From positions 10,638 through 74,637 of the IMG/VR virus record IMGVR_UViG_3300009175_000013: a DNA stretch of 64,000 nt, one strand, 5' to 3'. Origin of the DNA: a virus. Both the position numbers and the translations under genes were made by a program. Below the pieces are notes generated by a model. It did no database searches, was not told the DNA's origin, and saw only the letters and a program-made list of their open reading frames with translations. This document shows, piece after piece, positions 37,484 to 47,742 of this stretch (position 1 is the stretch's first letter; every line of letters begins with the position of its first letter).

Positions 37484-38311
37484 TCATTCCGTTATCAACT
37501 GATCAAACGGGATTGTGCCAATCTTGGGCCTATTAATGTCGCGGCTGGTCACCAGAATCGAGGCAAAATCGACCTCGCCAGAGACGGCGATGTCTGAAGT
37601 ACCGTCTCCATCGGCTTGCTCCTGAACCGATGCGAATCCTGTCGTCACCAACGAAGTTGTGCCATACGCCAGAACTGTTTCCAGGTACAGCACAATGCCA
37701 TATGCATAAAGCGTCGTGGTGCCGTAGGAGGATACTGCTTCAGTATATCTGAACACTGGAGATATGTTGGCAGAGACTGTATCGCTACCGTCAGAGATGG
37801 ATAATACCACGGTATAATGCGGCGTGGTTGTGCCCGATTTGGCATAAGTGTGTGAGCTGGAGTAGCTCCCCGATCTACCAGTAGACCATATCGTTGAATG
37901 CCCATCTCCCCAATTAATAGTAATGGTATAGATCTCGGTAGTACCAACATCGGTGAAGGTATAATTTAGAGCTGCAGCCCCAATGGAATTGAACACAACA
38001 AGCGAAGTGCTAGTGATTACCGGTGGCACATTCTGGACTTGCACAAAAGTGCCGTTGGTTGTGCTATTGTTGATGTCCTGAACGGTGGCCGATATATCAA
38101 ATGAGCCACCCCTGGTATAAATGTGATAAAAGTCATAGGAGTAGTTCGGCGGGGCAATGGGAATATCCCGCATCGTGGCCGTATTATCCCCCCATTGCAT
38201 CATTACTGTCTGATCGCGGTTTAGGGCATTGACCCAAGTGACTATAAAGTGGGCCAAAGACCCCTCAACTGGGATGCCATCAGGCGTGATTACAACATTG
38301 GCGATGGCCAT
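37484..38311 (-). CDS. PKD/Ig-like domain virion protein
   Basis: two WGD(N/G) motifs, each followed by an H.Y...G strand. Confidence 0.75.
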   Translation of the reverse strand: MAIANVVITPDGIPVEGSLAHFIVTWVNALNRDQTVMMQWGDNTATMRDIPIAPPNYSYDFYHIYTRGGSFDISATVQDINNSTTNGTFVQVQNVPPVITSTSLVVFNSIGAAALNYTFTDVGTTEIYTITINWGDGHSTIWSTGRSGSYSSSHTYAKSGTTTPHYTVVLSISDGSDTVSANISPVFRYTEAVSSYGTTTLYAYGIVLYLETVLAYGTTSLVTTGFASVQEQADGDGTSDIAVSGEVDFASILVTSRDINRPKIGTIPFDQLITE

Positions 38312-39096
38312 TACGATACCCCGACGGTCACTGCATTCGGCGCGGTGAACTCCATGGAATCAGCAGCACTAATGCTGCGCGCAACCGGCAAGGCCAAAGC
38401 ATACAAGAGATTTCCGGCAGTAGATGTATCCCAAAGACCGAGATGCGAAATCAGACCCCACTGGGCAGTCGCTGTAAAAACCGCCGTCGGGGCGGAGACC
38501 CTACGAATCCCATTCGCGACAGACGCAAACGAAGTCGCATGGACTCTAAAATATCCGCTAAGTGTTGGGGGCTCAGTCAAGGAAGACAATATGGTATCAA
38601 CCGCGAGGCCCACCCCCATATACACGGTTGCCGGCGGAGTTAAAGTGCCTCCCTTGAACAAGAAATTTAGCACTCCATTTCGCAAATATGCACTAAACGC
38701 CCCGGCTAAGCCCAGCTCAAGCATTCCTGCATAAATCTTGAACATCGAGCTAAGAGCAATAAACTTAGGAATGGCCAACGGGCTATACCACAGCAGATTC
38801 CCAGTAGTAGATGAATTGAATAGGCCAATATACCTGGCCGTGCCCCAATTCGATAAAGCCGCCGCCCACGAAAGATTGCCCGTAGTAGCGATCGACCCAT
38901 TAGAAGCCGAGCTGAAGCTCCCCGAGGGGGCTAAGACCCGCGTGTAGCCATTCGCGCCAGGAGTCTGAATCTCAGTATATGTGACATCATCGCTCACACC
39001 ACTCAGAAGAGCCAGATAGGTGGGGCTAGGAGTATACGTACCCAACCCCAGCGTGTGCTTGATCAGCTCTTCCCGCAGATACGCAGTCATGCCCAT
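38311..39096 (-). CDS. virion structural protein (duplicated ~130-aa domain, tail-fibre/collar-like)
   Basis: two copies of AYLR...Y.RV...WG....GL...T.GNLL. Confidence 0.7.
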   Translation of the reverse strand: MGMTAYLREELIKHTLGLGTYTPSPTYLALLSGVSDDVTYTEIQTPGANGYTRVLAPSGSFSSASNGSIATTGNLSWAAALSNWGTARYIGLFNSSTTGNLLWYSPLAIPKFIALSSMFKIYAGMLELGLAGAFSAYLRNGVLNFLFKGGTLTPPATVYMGVGLAVDTILSSLTEPPTLSGYFRVHATSFASVANGIRRVSAPTAVFTATAQWGLISHLGLWDTSTAGNLLYALALPVARSISAADSMEFTAPNAVTVGVS

Positions 39097-39104
39097 ATGC
39101 AACC

Positions 39105-39863
39105 CTACGAAATAGTTAGTATGAAATCACCACTAACCCTAGTGGTGCCATCCGGTAAAGTGGCCGTCACGCGGTATTTGTAAGTACCCTTAAGGAATGT
39201 CGAAGTATCGAGCAGATAGCTGATCACATAGGGATTGCTGCGGTATGCCCCCTGCCGCAACTTCAGGAAGCACGGGGCATCTTCGACAATAGACTCGCAG
39301 TTCTCAGTCCAAATCGAGACAGTATAAGTTAGATAGGGGATTAGAGGTGCCACCAAGTTGTAGTTATAATCGTACAACGGAAGCGGCATGATCCCAACTT
39401 CCAGAGGCCGCAGCTCCGGCTTGTGGAACTTGATGTCGAGCGGCTCAAAAGCGAACCGGATTGTGTCTAAACCACCGTCGGCGTACCAACCAGCAGGATA
39501 GACCCAAAACCGATTACACTGCTTCAGCAGTTCACTGGTGTGGCCGGACAGGGGCTCAGCCACTGGACTGCCATACCAATACCATTGGTCGAAATAGATA
39601 TCAGGAACCACCGCGTCTATTGGGACAGTCCAGTTTAGGGTAAACTTCCCGGCACCCGAGGTGACGAGCGGCGATGGATAGCCAGACTCTGATGGGTCCA
39701 CTATATCAATGGCATCTACAATATTGGCGTCGGCCACGGAGCCACGATAGATTTCCACTCGGTAGACGGCAAATGGGTTGGCCGCCACGCCCCCATTATA
39801 GAAGTCTGAGTTAAGGGCAACTACTTCTCCGCGCCGAGCCGAGATGCGGTTATAGATAGTCAT
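39105..39863 (-). CDS. hypothetical structural protein
   Basis: GAGGAG SD and upstream CAAACATA motif; beta-rich. Confidence 0.7.
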   Translation of the reverse strand: MTIYNRISARRGEVVALNSDFYNGGVAANPFAVYRVEIYRGSVADANIVDAIDIVDPSESGYPSPLVTSGAGKFTLNWTVPIDAVVPDIYFDQWYWYGSPVAEPLSGHTSELLKQCNRFWVYPAGWYADGGLDTIRFAFEPLDIKFHKPELRPLEVGIMPLPLYDYNYNLVAPLIPYLTYTVSIWTENCESIVEDAPCFLKLRQGAYRSNPYVISYLLDTSTFLKGTYKYRVTATLPDGTTRVSGDFILTIS

Positions 39864-39893
39864 ACAGCTCCTCTTTAGAGTATGTTTGAATTG

Positions 39894-40148
39894 CTATCTA
39901 GATGGCAAACTCGGCTTGGGTACGGACGGCCTTGATGGCATAGACGGCGCGGATTGTTTGGAACGCCGCTCCTGCTCTTCGTTATACTTATTGATTCGCT
40001 TAATCCACCATGAGCGGTCTTCAGCAGTTAGGGAATCTATCTCTGGGAAAGATAAATTCCCATGCGTCTTGAGCTGGAACATCTGCTCAAGCAGATGCTC
40101 GTACTCGTTCTCTAATTCACTCGGATTTTCGACTGCCCGTTGGGCGAA
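39894..40148 (-). CDS. gp51-like hub assembly protein (start unclear; possible +1 frameshift extension of the upstream gene)
   Basis: LLEQMFQLKTHGNLSFPEIDSL...RSWWIKRI. Confidence 0.6.
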   Translation of the reverse strand, partial: FAQRAVENPSELENEYEHLLEQMFQLKTHGNLSFPEIDSLTAEDRSWWIKRINKYNEEQERRSKQSAPSMPSRPSVPKPSLPSR

Positions 40149-41139
40149 AGAAGCTTTCCGTGATTGGAAGCTCCGTTCTGGACTCATTGCCGCAATCGGG
40201 ACATTCGAGCTGAATCGTCGTGTCGATTCCTGGCGAGTAATCCTTCAAGTACTGCCGGATGGTCGAGCTGTCCTTGGCGTGCAGCTTCTCCACCAGCTGC
40301 TTTAGCCGAATGCGATCCTTCACTTCACCCGACATCCCCTCCCCGCCAAAGGACTCAACAATCAGGGCCAGGTTCTCAGTCACAGTCTGGTCAATGATAA
40401 TCTCACGCTGGCGTCCCGGCCCAGAAGCAACATTGGCCCCATGAGCACGTTTATTGAATCGCACCCGGTTGGCCATGAAAGTCAAATCCTTACCACGCAT
40501 GAACCGGACTTTCACCCAGACCTTCTTCTTGAGGCTCTCAGAAGTGTATGGCAACTCGACCTTAAACGGCTCAAGGCCAATGGACATGTCGGGGTATTTG
40601 GTCGTGCCGGCCAATTCATTGAGATCATACTTGTGGGCGCTGCTGGCTTCGCAATTCGGACACTTCATCACAAATTCATAGATGTTACCGTGCGTCATCC
40701 CACGCAAAGCATAGAGCAAGAAGACCCGGTCACCTACCAGCAGCTCACTCTGATCGAACCCATCTGGCAGCTGGATACAGTGATTAAACAGGTAATCAAT
40801 CGACTGACCAGAAGAGGCTAACCGCTGAGTGGCCAAGATCTTCTCGGCATGGATACCCATGGCCCGGATCTTGACCACCCCACCAGGCAGCTTTTCACCA
40901 TAATAGACACCCCGGCTAGGAAGTCCGATTTCCTCCCAGGGAATCCACTCGTCCTCAGAAGTAGTAACGATCTGCTGAAGAAGCGATTCGGCAGTCGTCA
41001 GCCCTTCCGTCTTCTTGGAGAGGTCTGGCGTAGCCGAATTCATGTCGGAGACCTTGGCCGGGGCCTTAGCCGAAGCGGCTGGATTGTCCAGATCGACCAC
41101 TTCTTCTCTGGGTGTGCCGGGTGTGCCTTGCTCAGTCAT
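40117..41139 (-). CDS. baseplate hub/tail assembly chaperone (gp26-like)
   Basis: LPSRGVYY, LLVGDRVFLLYALR, CPNC, CPDCG, ESFFRP. Confidence 0.85.
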   Translation of the reverse strand: MTEQGTPGTPREEVVDLDNPAASAKAPAKVSDMNSATPDLSKKTEGLTTAESLLQQIVTTSEDEWIPWEEIGLPSRGVYYGEKLPGGVVKIRAMGIHAEKILATQRLASSGQSIDYLFNHCIQLPDGFDQSELLVGDRVFLLYALRGMTHGNIYEFVMKCPNCEASSAHKYDLNELAGTTKYPDMSIGLEPFKVELPYTSESLKKKVWVKVRFMRGKDLTFMANRVRFNKRAHGANVASGPGRQREIIIDQTVTENLALIVESFGGEGMSGEVKDRIRLKQLVEKLHAKDSSTIRQYLKDYSPGIDTTIQLECPDCGNESRTELPITESFFRPTGSRKSE

Positions 41140-41185
41140 ACATAACCTCCATTTCTGCTATGTACGTTTGAGCAGCGATTCGATC

Positions 41186-41719
41186 TTAAGCGTTGCTGTT
41201 AGAGAACTCCGCCCAGGAATAGGCAACTGTGACATTGGCGGTATTTATCCCACTGGTTTCATAGGTCAATTTGCTGAAGTTAATGCCCTTGATCCAGCTA
41301 TTCTTCAACGACCATCCGTAGGCGAAGCTATCATCGGCGTAAAGGCCATTAATCGTGGTCTCAGCCATATATTCATCAGCTGGCCTAATACCACTTGTAG
41401 AATTCCACACTTTCTTCTTCAGATCCTCTAACTGCTTGCCCAGTCCGTCGGTATCATAAAATGCTAGCTTGATGTCTTCCCATTTTATGGACTTTGCAAA
41501 CTCATATGTAGTATGCCCAGTCTTTACCGTTTCTGCCTCAATTGCGAACCCTGGAAAATTTGCTTCCTTGAGGTAGATCAGCGCCCCAGCCGCGCCGCCG
41601 ATGATGATAGGGCTACCAACTAAGTTGGTTACATCCCAAGTATAGGTGTATACTACCAGCGCTGGGGCAGCTGGCTGCTTGTCCTGCATATGGGTCGGAG
41701 CTACCTTGAATCCAGGCAT
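41186..41719 (-). CDS. tail tube paralog 3 (gp19-like)
   Basis: MPGF start; WEDIKLAFYD; WSLKNSW. Confidence 0.75.
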   Translation of the reverse strand: MPGFKVAPTHMQDKQPAAPALVVYTYTWDVTNLVGSPIIIGGAAGALIYLKEANFPGFAIEAETVKTGHTTYEFAKSIKWEDIKLAFYDTDGLGKQLEDLKKKVWNSTSGIRPADEYMAETTINGLYADDSFAYGWSLKNSWIKGINFSKLTYETSGINTANVTVAYSWAEFSNSNA

Positions 41720-42280
41720 TTATCTTACCTGCACTTCGCCGCCACGGACATCTTCTTCTTCACACGCGTCATATTGAAACGTTACACCTATCGTGGAGAT
41801 TGCTGTATCAGTATATGTAAATTCAGCTGGGTCGATCTTACTGGGCCATACATTATATAGGGTATATTTATGGTATCTGGACCCCAACCCATCCTCAGTA
41901 TAAATTCGGCAAGTAGTTCTGAAGTTTATCCCCGCCGAATTGTTCCTAACTACTAGCTTATTGGTCGTATACTCCATCACATTCGACCAATAGATCCAGA
42001 TTGCTTGAGCTGTGGCGGTATCCACCCCATCAATGACTTCATAGAACTTTACATTAATGGGATTCCACTTAATCTTACCAGGCAGGTTTATCTTAGCCTG
42101 CTTATGGTGCATATACTGAACTTCAAACTCTGGAGAGGGCCGCTGCACTGAGAGGGCGTAGAGAGCCACGTCGATCATTGGGCCGATGGAATCGAATTGT
42201 AGGGTCCAACGGTAGACACGGGCGGTCTCGGAGGTGGCCTTAGGCCCAAACCCTTCTCCATTTATGATGAAACCCGGCAT
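41720..42280 (-). CDS. tail tube paralog 2 (gp19-like)
   Basis: PGKIKWNPINVKFYE; YTLYNVWPS; VTFQYD. Confidence 0.82.
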   Translation of the reverse strand: MPGFIINGEGFGPKATSETARVYRWTLQFDSIGPMIDVALYALSVQRPSPEFEVQYMHHKQAKINLPGKIKWNPINVKFYEVIDGVDTATAQAIWIYWSNVMEYTTNKLVVRNNSAGINFRTTCRIYTEDGLGSRYHKYTLYNVWPSKIDPAEFTYTDTAISTIGVTFQYDACEEEDVRGGEVQVR

Positions 42281-42295
42281 TTTTCACCAAAAATT

Positions 42296-42328
42296 TGGGC
42301 ATCGAGGGCGTCTAGCCATCGATGCCCA
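42296..42328 (-). terminator. hairpin after the first tube gene
   Basis: tgggcatcga/tcgatgccca stem followed by a T-rich tract on the minus strand. Confidence 0.6.
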
Positions 42329-42360
42329 TTTATTTATCGAGGGCCGCCAATCTGGACGGT

Positions 42361-42894
42361 TTATAGTACCTTCACAGCGCGGTCGAACCGGTACTTGACC
42401 TCAATCAGCTGCAGCTCCGTCGAGGTGTAGTCAATGGCACCCCAGTTCATGTTCTGCGGCCAGCCATTGTAAATCGCCCAAGTCTCGTTGGGGACTCCCT
42501 GACCGTCTTCCATGTGTAGGTTGACCGTCTGAGCCTTGTAGGCCTTAGGAGGCTGTACAGAGGCGGCACCACCCGGCTGCTGGTTCCCGGTCAGTGACAT
42601 GCAAACCGTCATCCACTTCCACATGGCTGCGGAAACGTCGGGATCCTGCTCCACATCATAATAGGTCATCCCAACCGATTCCCAGCTGTGCTTGCCAGCG
42701 AAGTAGACCTGTTCCTGATTGTGGTGCATCACAGGCTCTTCGAAGGTCAAGTTGGGCCGGTTCGCCTTTTGCAGGACCAGCATCACTGGACCCGACACGC
42801 TGGGGTGCCCTTCGAAGGTCCACCGGTGAGTACGACGGACTTCCGACAGGGAATTGGGTCCCCGACCTTCGCCGTGAATATTGAAGCCAGGCAT
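42361..42894 (-). CDS. gp19: major tail tube protein (gp19-like)
   Basis: YFAGKHSWE..MTYYD; WAIYNGWP; YRFDRA; directly follows the sheath gene. Confidence 0.88.
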   Translation of the reverse strand: MPGFNIHGEGRGPNSLSEVRRTHRWTFEGHPSVSGPVMLVLQKANRPNLTFEEPVMHHNQEQVYFAGKHSWESVGMTYYDVEQDPDVSAAMWKWMTVCMSLTGNQQPGGAASVQPPKAYKAQTVNLHMEDGQGVPNETWAIYNGWPQNMNWGAIDYTSTELQLIEVKYRFDRAVKVL

Positions 42895-42925
42895 TGAAAA
42901 CTCCTTGTCACAGCCGCTTGGCGGC

Positions 42926-45766
42926 TTAGGCTGACACTACACCACCAGCCACGAGGATCTCCTGCGCCCCGAAGCTAGCCCCGGTCCGCAGAATCACCAA
43001 GTTCAGGACGATGAATTCTGCGGAGCGGTTGGGCTTGATGAACACCGAAACCCAGAGTTCGTTCCGATCGATTCTCTCCGGAGTGTTGTTAGTCTCGTCG
43101 CAAACCACTTTGAAGGCAGTCAGGCCACGCCGCGCTGCCACATCACCCAGATATGGTTCGATCAGGTTCCGGATCTGCGCCCGCGTCGAGCCGTCATTGA
43201 ACTCAAACACGAAGTTACGCAACGTCGAGGACAAATTCTTCTTCAGGGAGATACACAGCATCCGGACGTTGACCCGGTCCAGAGCCGTGGATTGCCGCTG
43301 CAGCGTCCGCTGGCCCCATACCGTAATGCCCTGCTGGATGAAGTTCACGATGGCGTTGACCGCATTGCCGCTGCCGTACAGAGCGTCACGCTCACTCTGA
43401 GTGGGATTGTATTCCACATCCAAAGCCGAAAGCACGCTGCCACGGTTCAGGCCAGCGGGAGCATACCACTGTTCCGCCACCCGATCTGTACGGGCAAAGA
43501 CCGCCGCGATGTGGCCGCTTGGCGGAACCCAGATGGTCCCACCATTGTACTGATCGCTAATCTTGAGCCAGCTCCAGTACAGGGCCGCATAGCTGGTATT
43601 CAAGGCCGTTGCCAGATCGCTGGTTAACATCCCATTGTGCCAATCGATCACTTCCTGTGGCCGCAGACCAACTGGCGGATCGATCAGGTACAGGACGTCG
43701 CCACGGTTTTCGCAGAACTGAATGCCCTGAGCCAGCACGGGACCGCTCGAGAATCCGGGGGTAGCCAAGAGGTTGAAGTCGAACGCTTCTGGATTCTGCA
43801 GGGCGTAGATGCCAGTGGAGAGAGCCGGGTTACCGATGACCTTCTGGTCCAGGTAGATGCTGTCTTCGGTTTCCGTCGGGATCCCGTTTTCGCCGCCCAC
43901 AAAAGCCGTATTGGTGAATGGGCTTGGATTCCGTACATCAACCCCAAGGTAGGAAGGACGAGCTTCCCACTGGAAGTAAGTATTGCCAGTCACGCCGCCA
44001 ATTGGGCTGCCGGCATTGACCACATTGCCAATATACCGGGTGGCGGCTGGATCAAAGCTGACATCCTGGGTCACATCAACGGCCATGCCGTTGCCATCCT
44101 TCACCGTGACCTTGTACCGTCCCGCCACATCGCCCACGCCCTCGGTGAACACTTCCAGCGAGATGGTGTAGCCACTGGACCAAGTCCCAGCATATTTCGC
44201 CACGACCCAGCCCACAATGTTGTCATAGTAAGCGGAGTCGGTGACGCACTGAGTCCCACTGGGGGCATCGATACAGGACTGGGGAGTGGTGGGATCGCCC
44301 GAGTTACCTTCAGGGAGCCAGAGCCGTGCGTCGGTGAAGGTCCGGTAGATGGAGGTGTACGGCGGCAGGATGCCGATTTCGTTGGCAAACTGCATAGTCT
44401 CGAAGTGGCTGTAGCTGGCCAGAAGCTTCAGCTGATCGGTCATTCTGGCGTCGGAGGTCTGGACCACCACCAGCTTATCGCCGCCTGGGATGGTCAGAGC
44501 GAATGCGGTGAAATAGTCGGTCCCGCCGTAGTTGGAGTTCGCTTCAAGAGCCGCAGCCAGGGTGGTTGCATCCGTCCCCGAGACCGCAGGAACCACGAAG
44601 TTGAACTCAACCGTGTTGGCCGACCCAATGCAGTCGAGAACGACGCGGTTGTTCGAGCTGGAGAAGTTGTAGGGGCCAGCATTGGTGCCCAGAAGGTGGC
44701 TGCGGGGGATATCATAGGTGTATTGGGCCACGCCGACTTCAGCACAAAAGGCACAAGTCCCAGCCAGCTGAATCCAATCGCCGACCGTATCGGTTTGGAG
44801 AGCCACCACTTCCACGCCGTTGGCATCGAAAGAGGTAGTCGCAGCCAAAGTGGTTACGCCGAGCACGACGTTAATGGCATTGATCAAAGTCGTGTTGGAG
44901 GAGTAGGTGGCCGCAGGCACTACCACGCTGGTAACTGCCCCACCGTCGACTTGGTAGGTCAGGGTGCGGTTGTCGGGTTTGGAGGTGATCACCAAGGTGT
45001 CATTCACACCAACCTGGGTAGCATTGGTAATGGTCACAGTGAAGGAAACCCCGAGGCTTACGCTGTTGAGGGCCAGATTGATTTGGTTGCTGACAGCCCC
45101 AGTGGTGGTGAAAGTGCCAGAGGCGACTTCATCACCTGAGCTGTTAGTGACCACGTAGGTGGCTCCGTCCCACAGGTGGGTGCCGGGGTCGCCAGTAATG
45201 GTAAGGGTGAAGACATCGTCAAGGCAGCCGCTGTACAGAGTCGCGCCACCCACAAAGGAAACAGTAGTGGTGACTGCGCCGACTGAGGGATCGGCAACTT
45301 CGGCGTCATTCCAGGATCCGGCAGTGCTGAGGGCTGCGTGCAGAACAACGGGGGCCGGATTGCCACCAGTGCCATCGCCAACTGGGCGGAATTTGACACG
45401 GCCAAAATCCATGCCCTTGAAGACTGGGATGCGGCCCCAACCCTGCTTGCGTGTACCGGCAGTGTCGATAGCAATCGGCTCTAGGGTGCTTTTGATGCCG
45501 TTGTAGTACTCGACACCTACACGGAGTACATAGCAGGAGTTGCCTTCCTCAAGATACGCCAGGGTGGCATACCCTAGGTAGCTAGTCGGGAACGGATCCC
45601 CGAAGGTGTCAACGAACTGCGCAGCACTGGTGATCAGCGTGGGCACATTGAGAGGGCCTTTGCTGGCGGCACCAATGAAAGCTGGCCTGAGCGTCCCCAG
45701 GTTGCTGGGCAGAAGGCTGAGGTCAATCTCTCTGGTAAATACGCCTGGGCTTAGGAAGACTGCCAT
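42926..45766 (-). CDS. gp18: tail sheath protein (gp18-like)
   Basis: LSPGVFTREID, WVPPSG, WYAPAGLNRG, WGQRT, LDRVNVR, CDETNNTP. Confidence 0.97.
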   Translation of the reverse strand: MAVFLSPGVFTREIDLSLLPSNLGTLRPAFIGAASKGPLNVPTLITSAAQFVDTFGDPFPTSYLGYATLAYLEEGNSCYVLRVGVEYYNGIKSTLEPIAIDTAGTRKQGWGRIPVFKGMDFGRVKFRPVGDGTGGNPAPVVLHAALSTAGSWNDAEVADPSVGAVTTTVSFVGGATLYSGCLDDVFTLTITGDPGTHLWDGATYVVTNSSGDEVASGTFTTTGAVSNQINLALNSVSLGVSFTVTITNATQVGVNDTLVITSKPDNRTLTYQVDGGAVTSVVVPAATYSSNTTLINAINVVLGVTTLAATTSFDANGVEVVALQTDTVGDWIQLAGTCAFCAEVGVAQYTYDIPRSHLLGTNAGPYNFSSSNNRVVLDCIGSANTVEFNFVVPAVSGTDATTLAAALEANSNYGGTDYFTAFALTIPGGDKLVVVQTSDARMTDQLKLLASYSHFETMQFANEIGILPPYTSIYRTFTDARLWLPEGNSGDPTTPQSCIDAPSGTQCVTDSAYYDNIVGWVVAKYAGTWSSGYTISLEVFTEGVGDVAGRYKVTVKDGNGMAVDVTQDVSFDPAATRYIGNVVNAGSPIGGVTGNTYFQWEARPSYLGVDVRNPSPFTNTAFVGGENGIPTETEDSIYLDQKVIGNPALSTGIYALQNPEAFDFNLLATPGFSSGPVLAQGIQFCENRGDVLYLIDPPVGLRPQEVIDWHNGMLTSDLATALNTSYAALYWSWLKISDQYNGGTIWVPPSGHIAAVFARTDRVAEQWYAPAGLNRGSVLSALDVEYNPTQSERDALYGSGNAVNAIVNFIQQGITVWGQRTLQRQSTALDRVNVRMLCISLKKNLSSTLRNFVFEFNDGSTRAQIRNLIEPYLGDVAARRGLTAFKVVCDETNNTPERIDRNELWVSVFIKPNRSAEFIVLNLVILRTGASFGAQEILVAGGVVSA

Positions 45767-45823
45767 TGGTAGCTCCTGTTAATTTTCGCTGCCTTATATT
45801 TGAGTGATGACGGTAGATTTAGA

Positions 45824-46039
45824 TTATTCTTCGACTACCGCGATATCACCACGGCCTTGGCAGTTCTTGATCTGAGACCAATTCAAAAAGTTGCGCGGTA
45901 CTTTGAGCGACTTACCAGGCATTAGCCGAAACTGCTGCTCTTCATAGAAGAAGTCACCATTCGGCGGCTTAACTTGGATCGGGATGCACTGCCGTGTGCG
46001 ATTGGTGATGTGGATGTTGGAAGTGGTTTTATTAGCCAT
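45824..46039 (-). CDS. hypothetical protein
   Basis: AGGAGG SD; 71 aa. Confidence 0.7.
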   Translation of the reverse strand: MANKTTSNIHITNRTRQCIPIQVKPPNGDFFYEEQQFRLMPGKSLKVPRNFLNWSQIKNCQGRGDIAVVEE

Positions 46040-46076
46040 TAGAACCTCCTGGCTCTGGGTAAAGACAACTTCTTAT

Positions 46077-46898
46077 TTACACTCGTCTATTTAGCATTTC
46101 AGATTCATCAGCAACAACTTTACCCAGAATCACCGGCATAATCTTCGGCGGAATCGATAGCCAAGCCTCCGCCGTATACACCACCTCATACTTTACCTTG
46201 GCGTATTGCTCCGAGGTAGCTTCCTTCTCGCTGGAATCAGCCGAAGAGTCCATCTTCATCTGCACGCATCCCACCGAAATCCCGTCAGAAACCCGCAACT
46301 CGGCTAAAGGATTGAAACGCGTCAGCATCTGATATAGCACATACTCAGCGTCACGCTTGTGCTCGGCCCAGATGCTAATGGTGTAATTCACATTATAAGG
46401 AACCGGACGATAGAACGCTGCCGCCATGGTCCGCTGCCGATTCACAAACCTCTTATGCAGATTGCGATATGGCGGCGAAAACTTCTGCGGATTATAAGTG
46501 TGGCCAGTGCGGCTAATGGAGATCACCGGCAATTTTACCCGGCCATGCTTTAAATCTTCAGTCCAGACTTGCAAGCTGGTCCGCATGCCAGCTACCTTGG
46601 CACGAGCGAAGCGATATGAATCTTTTGACGGCACTCTGATGTCTGACCAATAAGCCTTCATCCCGGCGTCCAAATAGTGAAAGGCCGCGTCGATGGAGTC
46701 TTCCACATAGCCTGGCTCGACCCGGCTCTGCTCCCACTGATTAGGAACTCTACCGCTTTGGGCATCAGATAGCTGATACGCAGCTACCGGCACCATAGGG
46801 CTAATGGGATTGTTAATAGAGCCGCCTGGCACCTGCCCGGCCACAACGCCCCTGGGCACGTTTTCAAAGGTGAAAGAACTACCAAATTGATGAATCAC
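46077..46898 (-). CDS. gp15: tail sheath stabiliser/terminator (gp15-like)
   Basis: VKLPVISISR, PVPYNVNYTISIW, QMLTRFNP. Confidence 0.85.
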   Translation of the reverse strand: MIHQFGSSFTFENVPRGVVAGQVPGGSINNPISPMVPVAAYQLSDAQSGRVPNQWEQSRVEPGYVEDSIDAAFHYLDAGMKAYWSDIRVPSKDSYRFARAKVAGMRTSLQVWTEDLKHGRVKLPVISISRTGHTYNPQKFSPPYRNLHKRFVNRQRTMAAAFYRPVPYNVNYTISIWAEHKRDAEYVLYQMLTRFNPLAELRVSDGISVGCVQMKMDSSADSSEKEATSEQYAKVKYEVVYTAEAWLSIPPKIMPVILGKVVADESEMLNRRV

Positions 46899-47173
46899 TT
46901 AAGCACCGTCGGGAAAAGAGCCTTGGCCCTGGTAATCAGTTTGAGTTTGGATGCCTCCGCCATTTCGCTGGCTGGAATGGTAATCTCATATCCATCTTTA
47001 TCTTTCCGCTCAGTCACCTGAGGATGGACTTTGCCATTACCCATAGTCTCCATCATCTTGACCATTTTCTCCGCAGACTCCTTCAGCTTCTCCATGGCCT
47101 TTTTGCGGTAGAATTCGGCCACCGCCTTCTGGCGGTTATTGTCTGCGAGATCATTCCGTACAATCTTAAACAT
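46895..47173 (-). CDS. hypothetical protein
   Basis: overlaps the start and stop codons of its neighbours. Confidence 0.65.
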   Translation of the reverse strand: MFKIVRNDLADNNRQKAVAEFYRKKAMEKLKESAEKMVKMMETMGNGKVHPQVTERKDKDGYEITIPASEMAEASKLKLITRAKALFPTVLK

Positions 47174-47742
47174 TATTTATGGTCAATATCGATGGTTTCG
47201 TCGTTGGTGATATTCTCAACTTGGCACGTCCAGTACAGCCAGTTATACTTGAAGTTGCCAGCGTCGGCGGCATTCAGAACACGATAGCGATCCGGTTTGA
47301 TCCCACTCCCACCATAGGGTAGCTCAATGATATCGCCGATGCGGATCATTCTCTGCCCAAACTCCTTGAAGACCTGCTCCTTACTAAATGAAACCTTGGT
47401 TTGGTTGGGCGCGTCCACGCCCCAGGGGGTAAGCTGAGCCTCAATCGGCTGAGGGGCGAACCAGGCCTTAAGATGGTGCCCAGACCCGTAAGTGGGATCG
47501 GGATCTTCCTCCCACACATCATCATAATGCTCGCTGCTCGTGCGTGGATAGACTGTAACATCCCCGCCAGCAATATTCACGATTTCTTTGGCGATAGATC
47601 CAGCCAGAATATGATCCGCACTGCCTGCGTCATGTAGCTGGATTAGAGGGTGCTCCTGCTCCATATCCGACCTAGCCTGTAAGCGGCCCTGGCTCGGAGC
47701 TACCCTTGTTGCTTCAGAATCTTGCGAGAAGCGATGGATCAT
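47173..47742 (-). CDS. neck/head-closure protein (gp14-like)
   Basis: DDVWEEDPD, LTPWGVD, IGDIIELP; position next to gp15. Confidence 0.7.
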   Translation of the reverse strand: MIHRFSQDSEATRVAPSQGRLQARSDMEQEHPLIQLHDAGSADHILAGSIAKEIVNIAGGDVTVYPRTSSEHYDDVWEEDPDPTYGSGHHLKAWFAPQPIEAQLTPWGVDAPNQTKVSFSKEQVFKEFGQRMIRIGDIIELPYGGSGIKPDRYRVLNAADAGNFKYNWLYWTCQVENITNDETIDIDHK

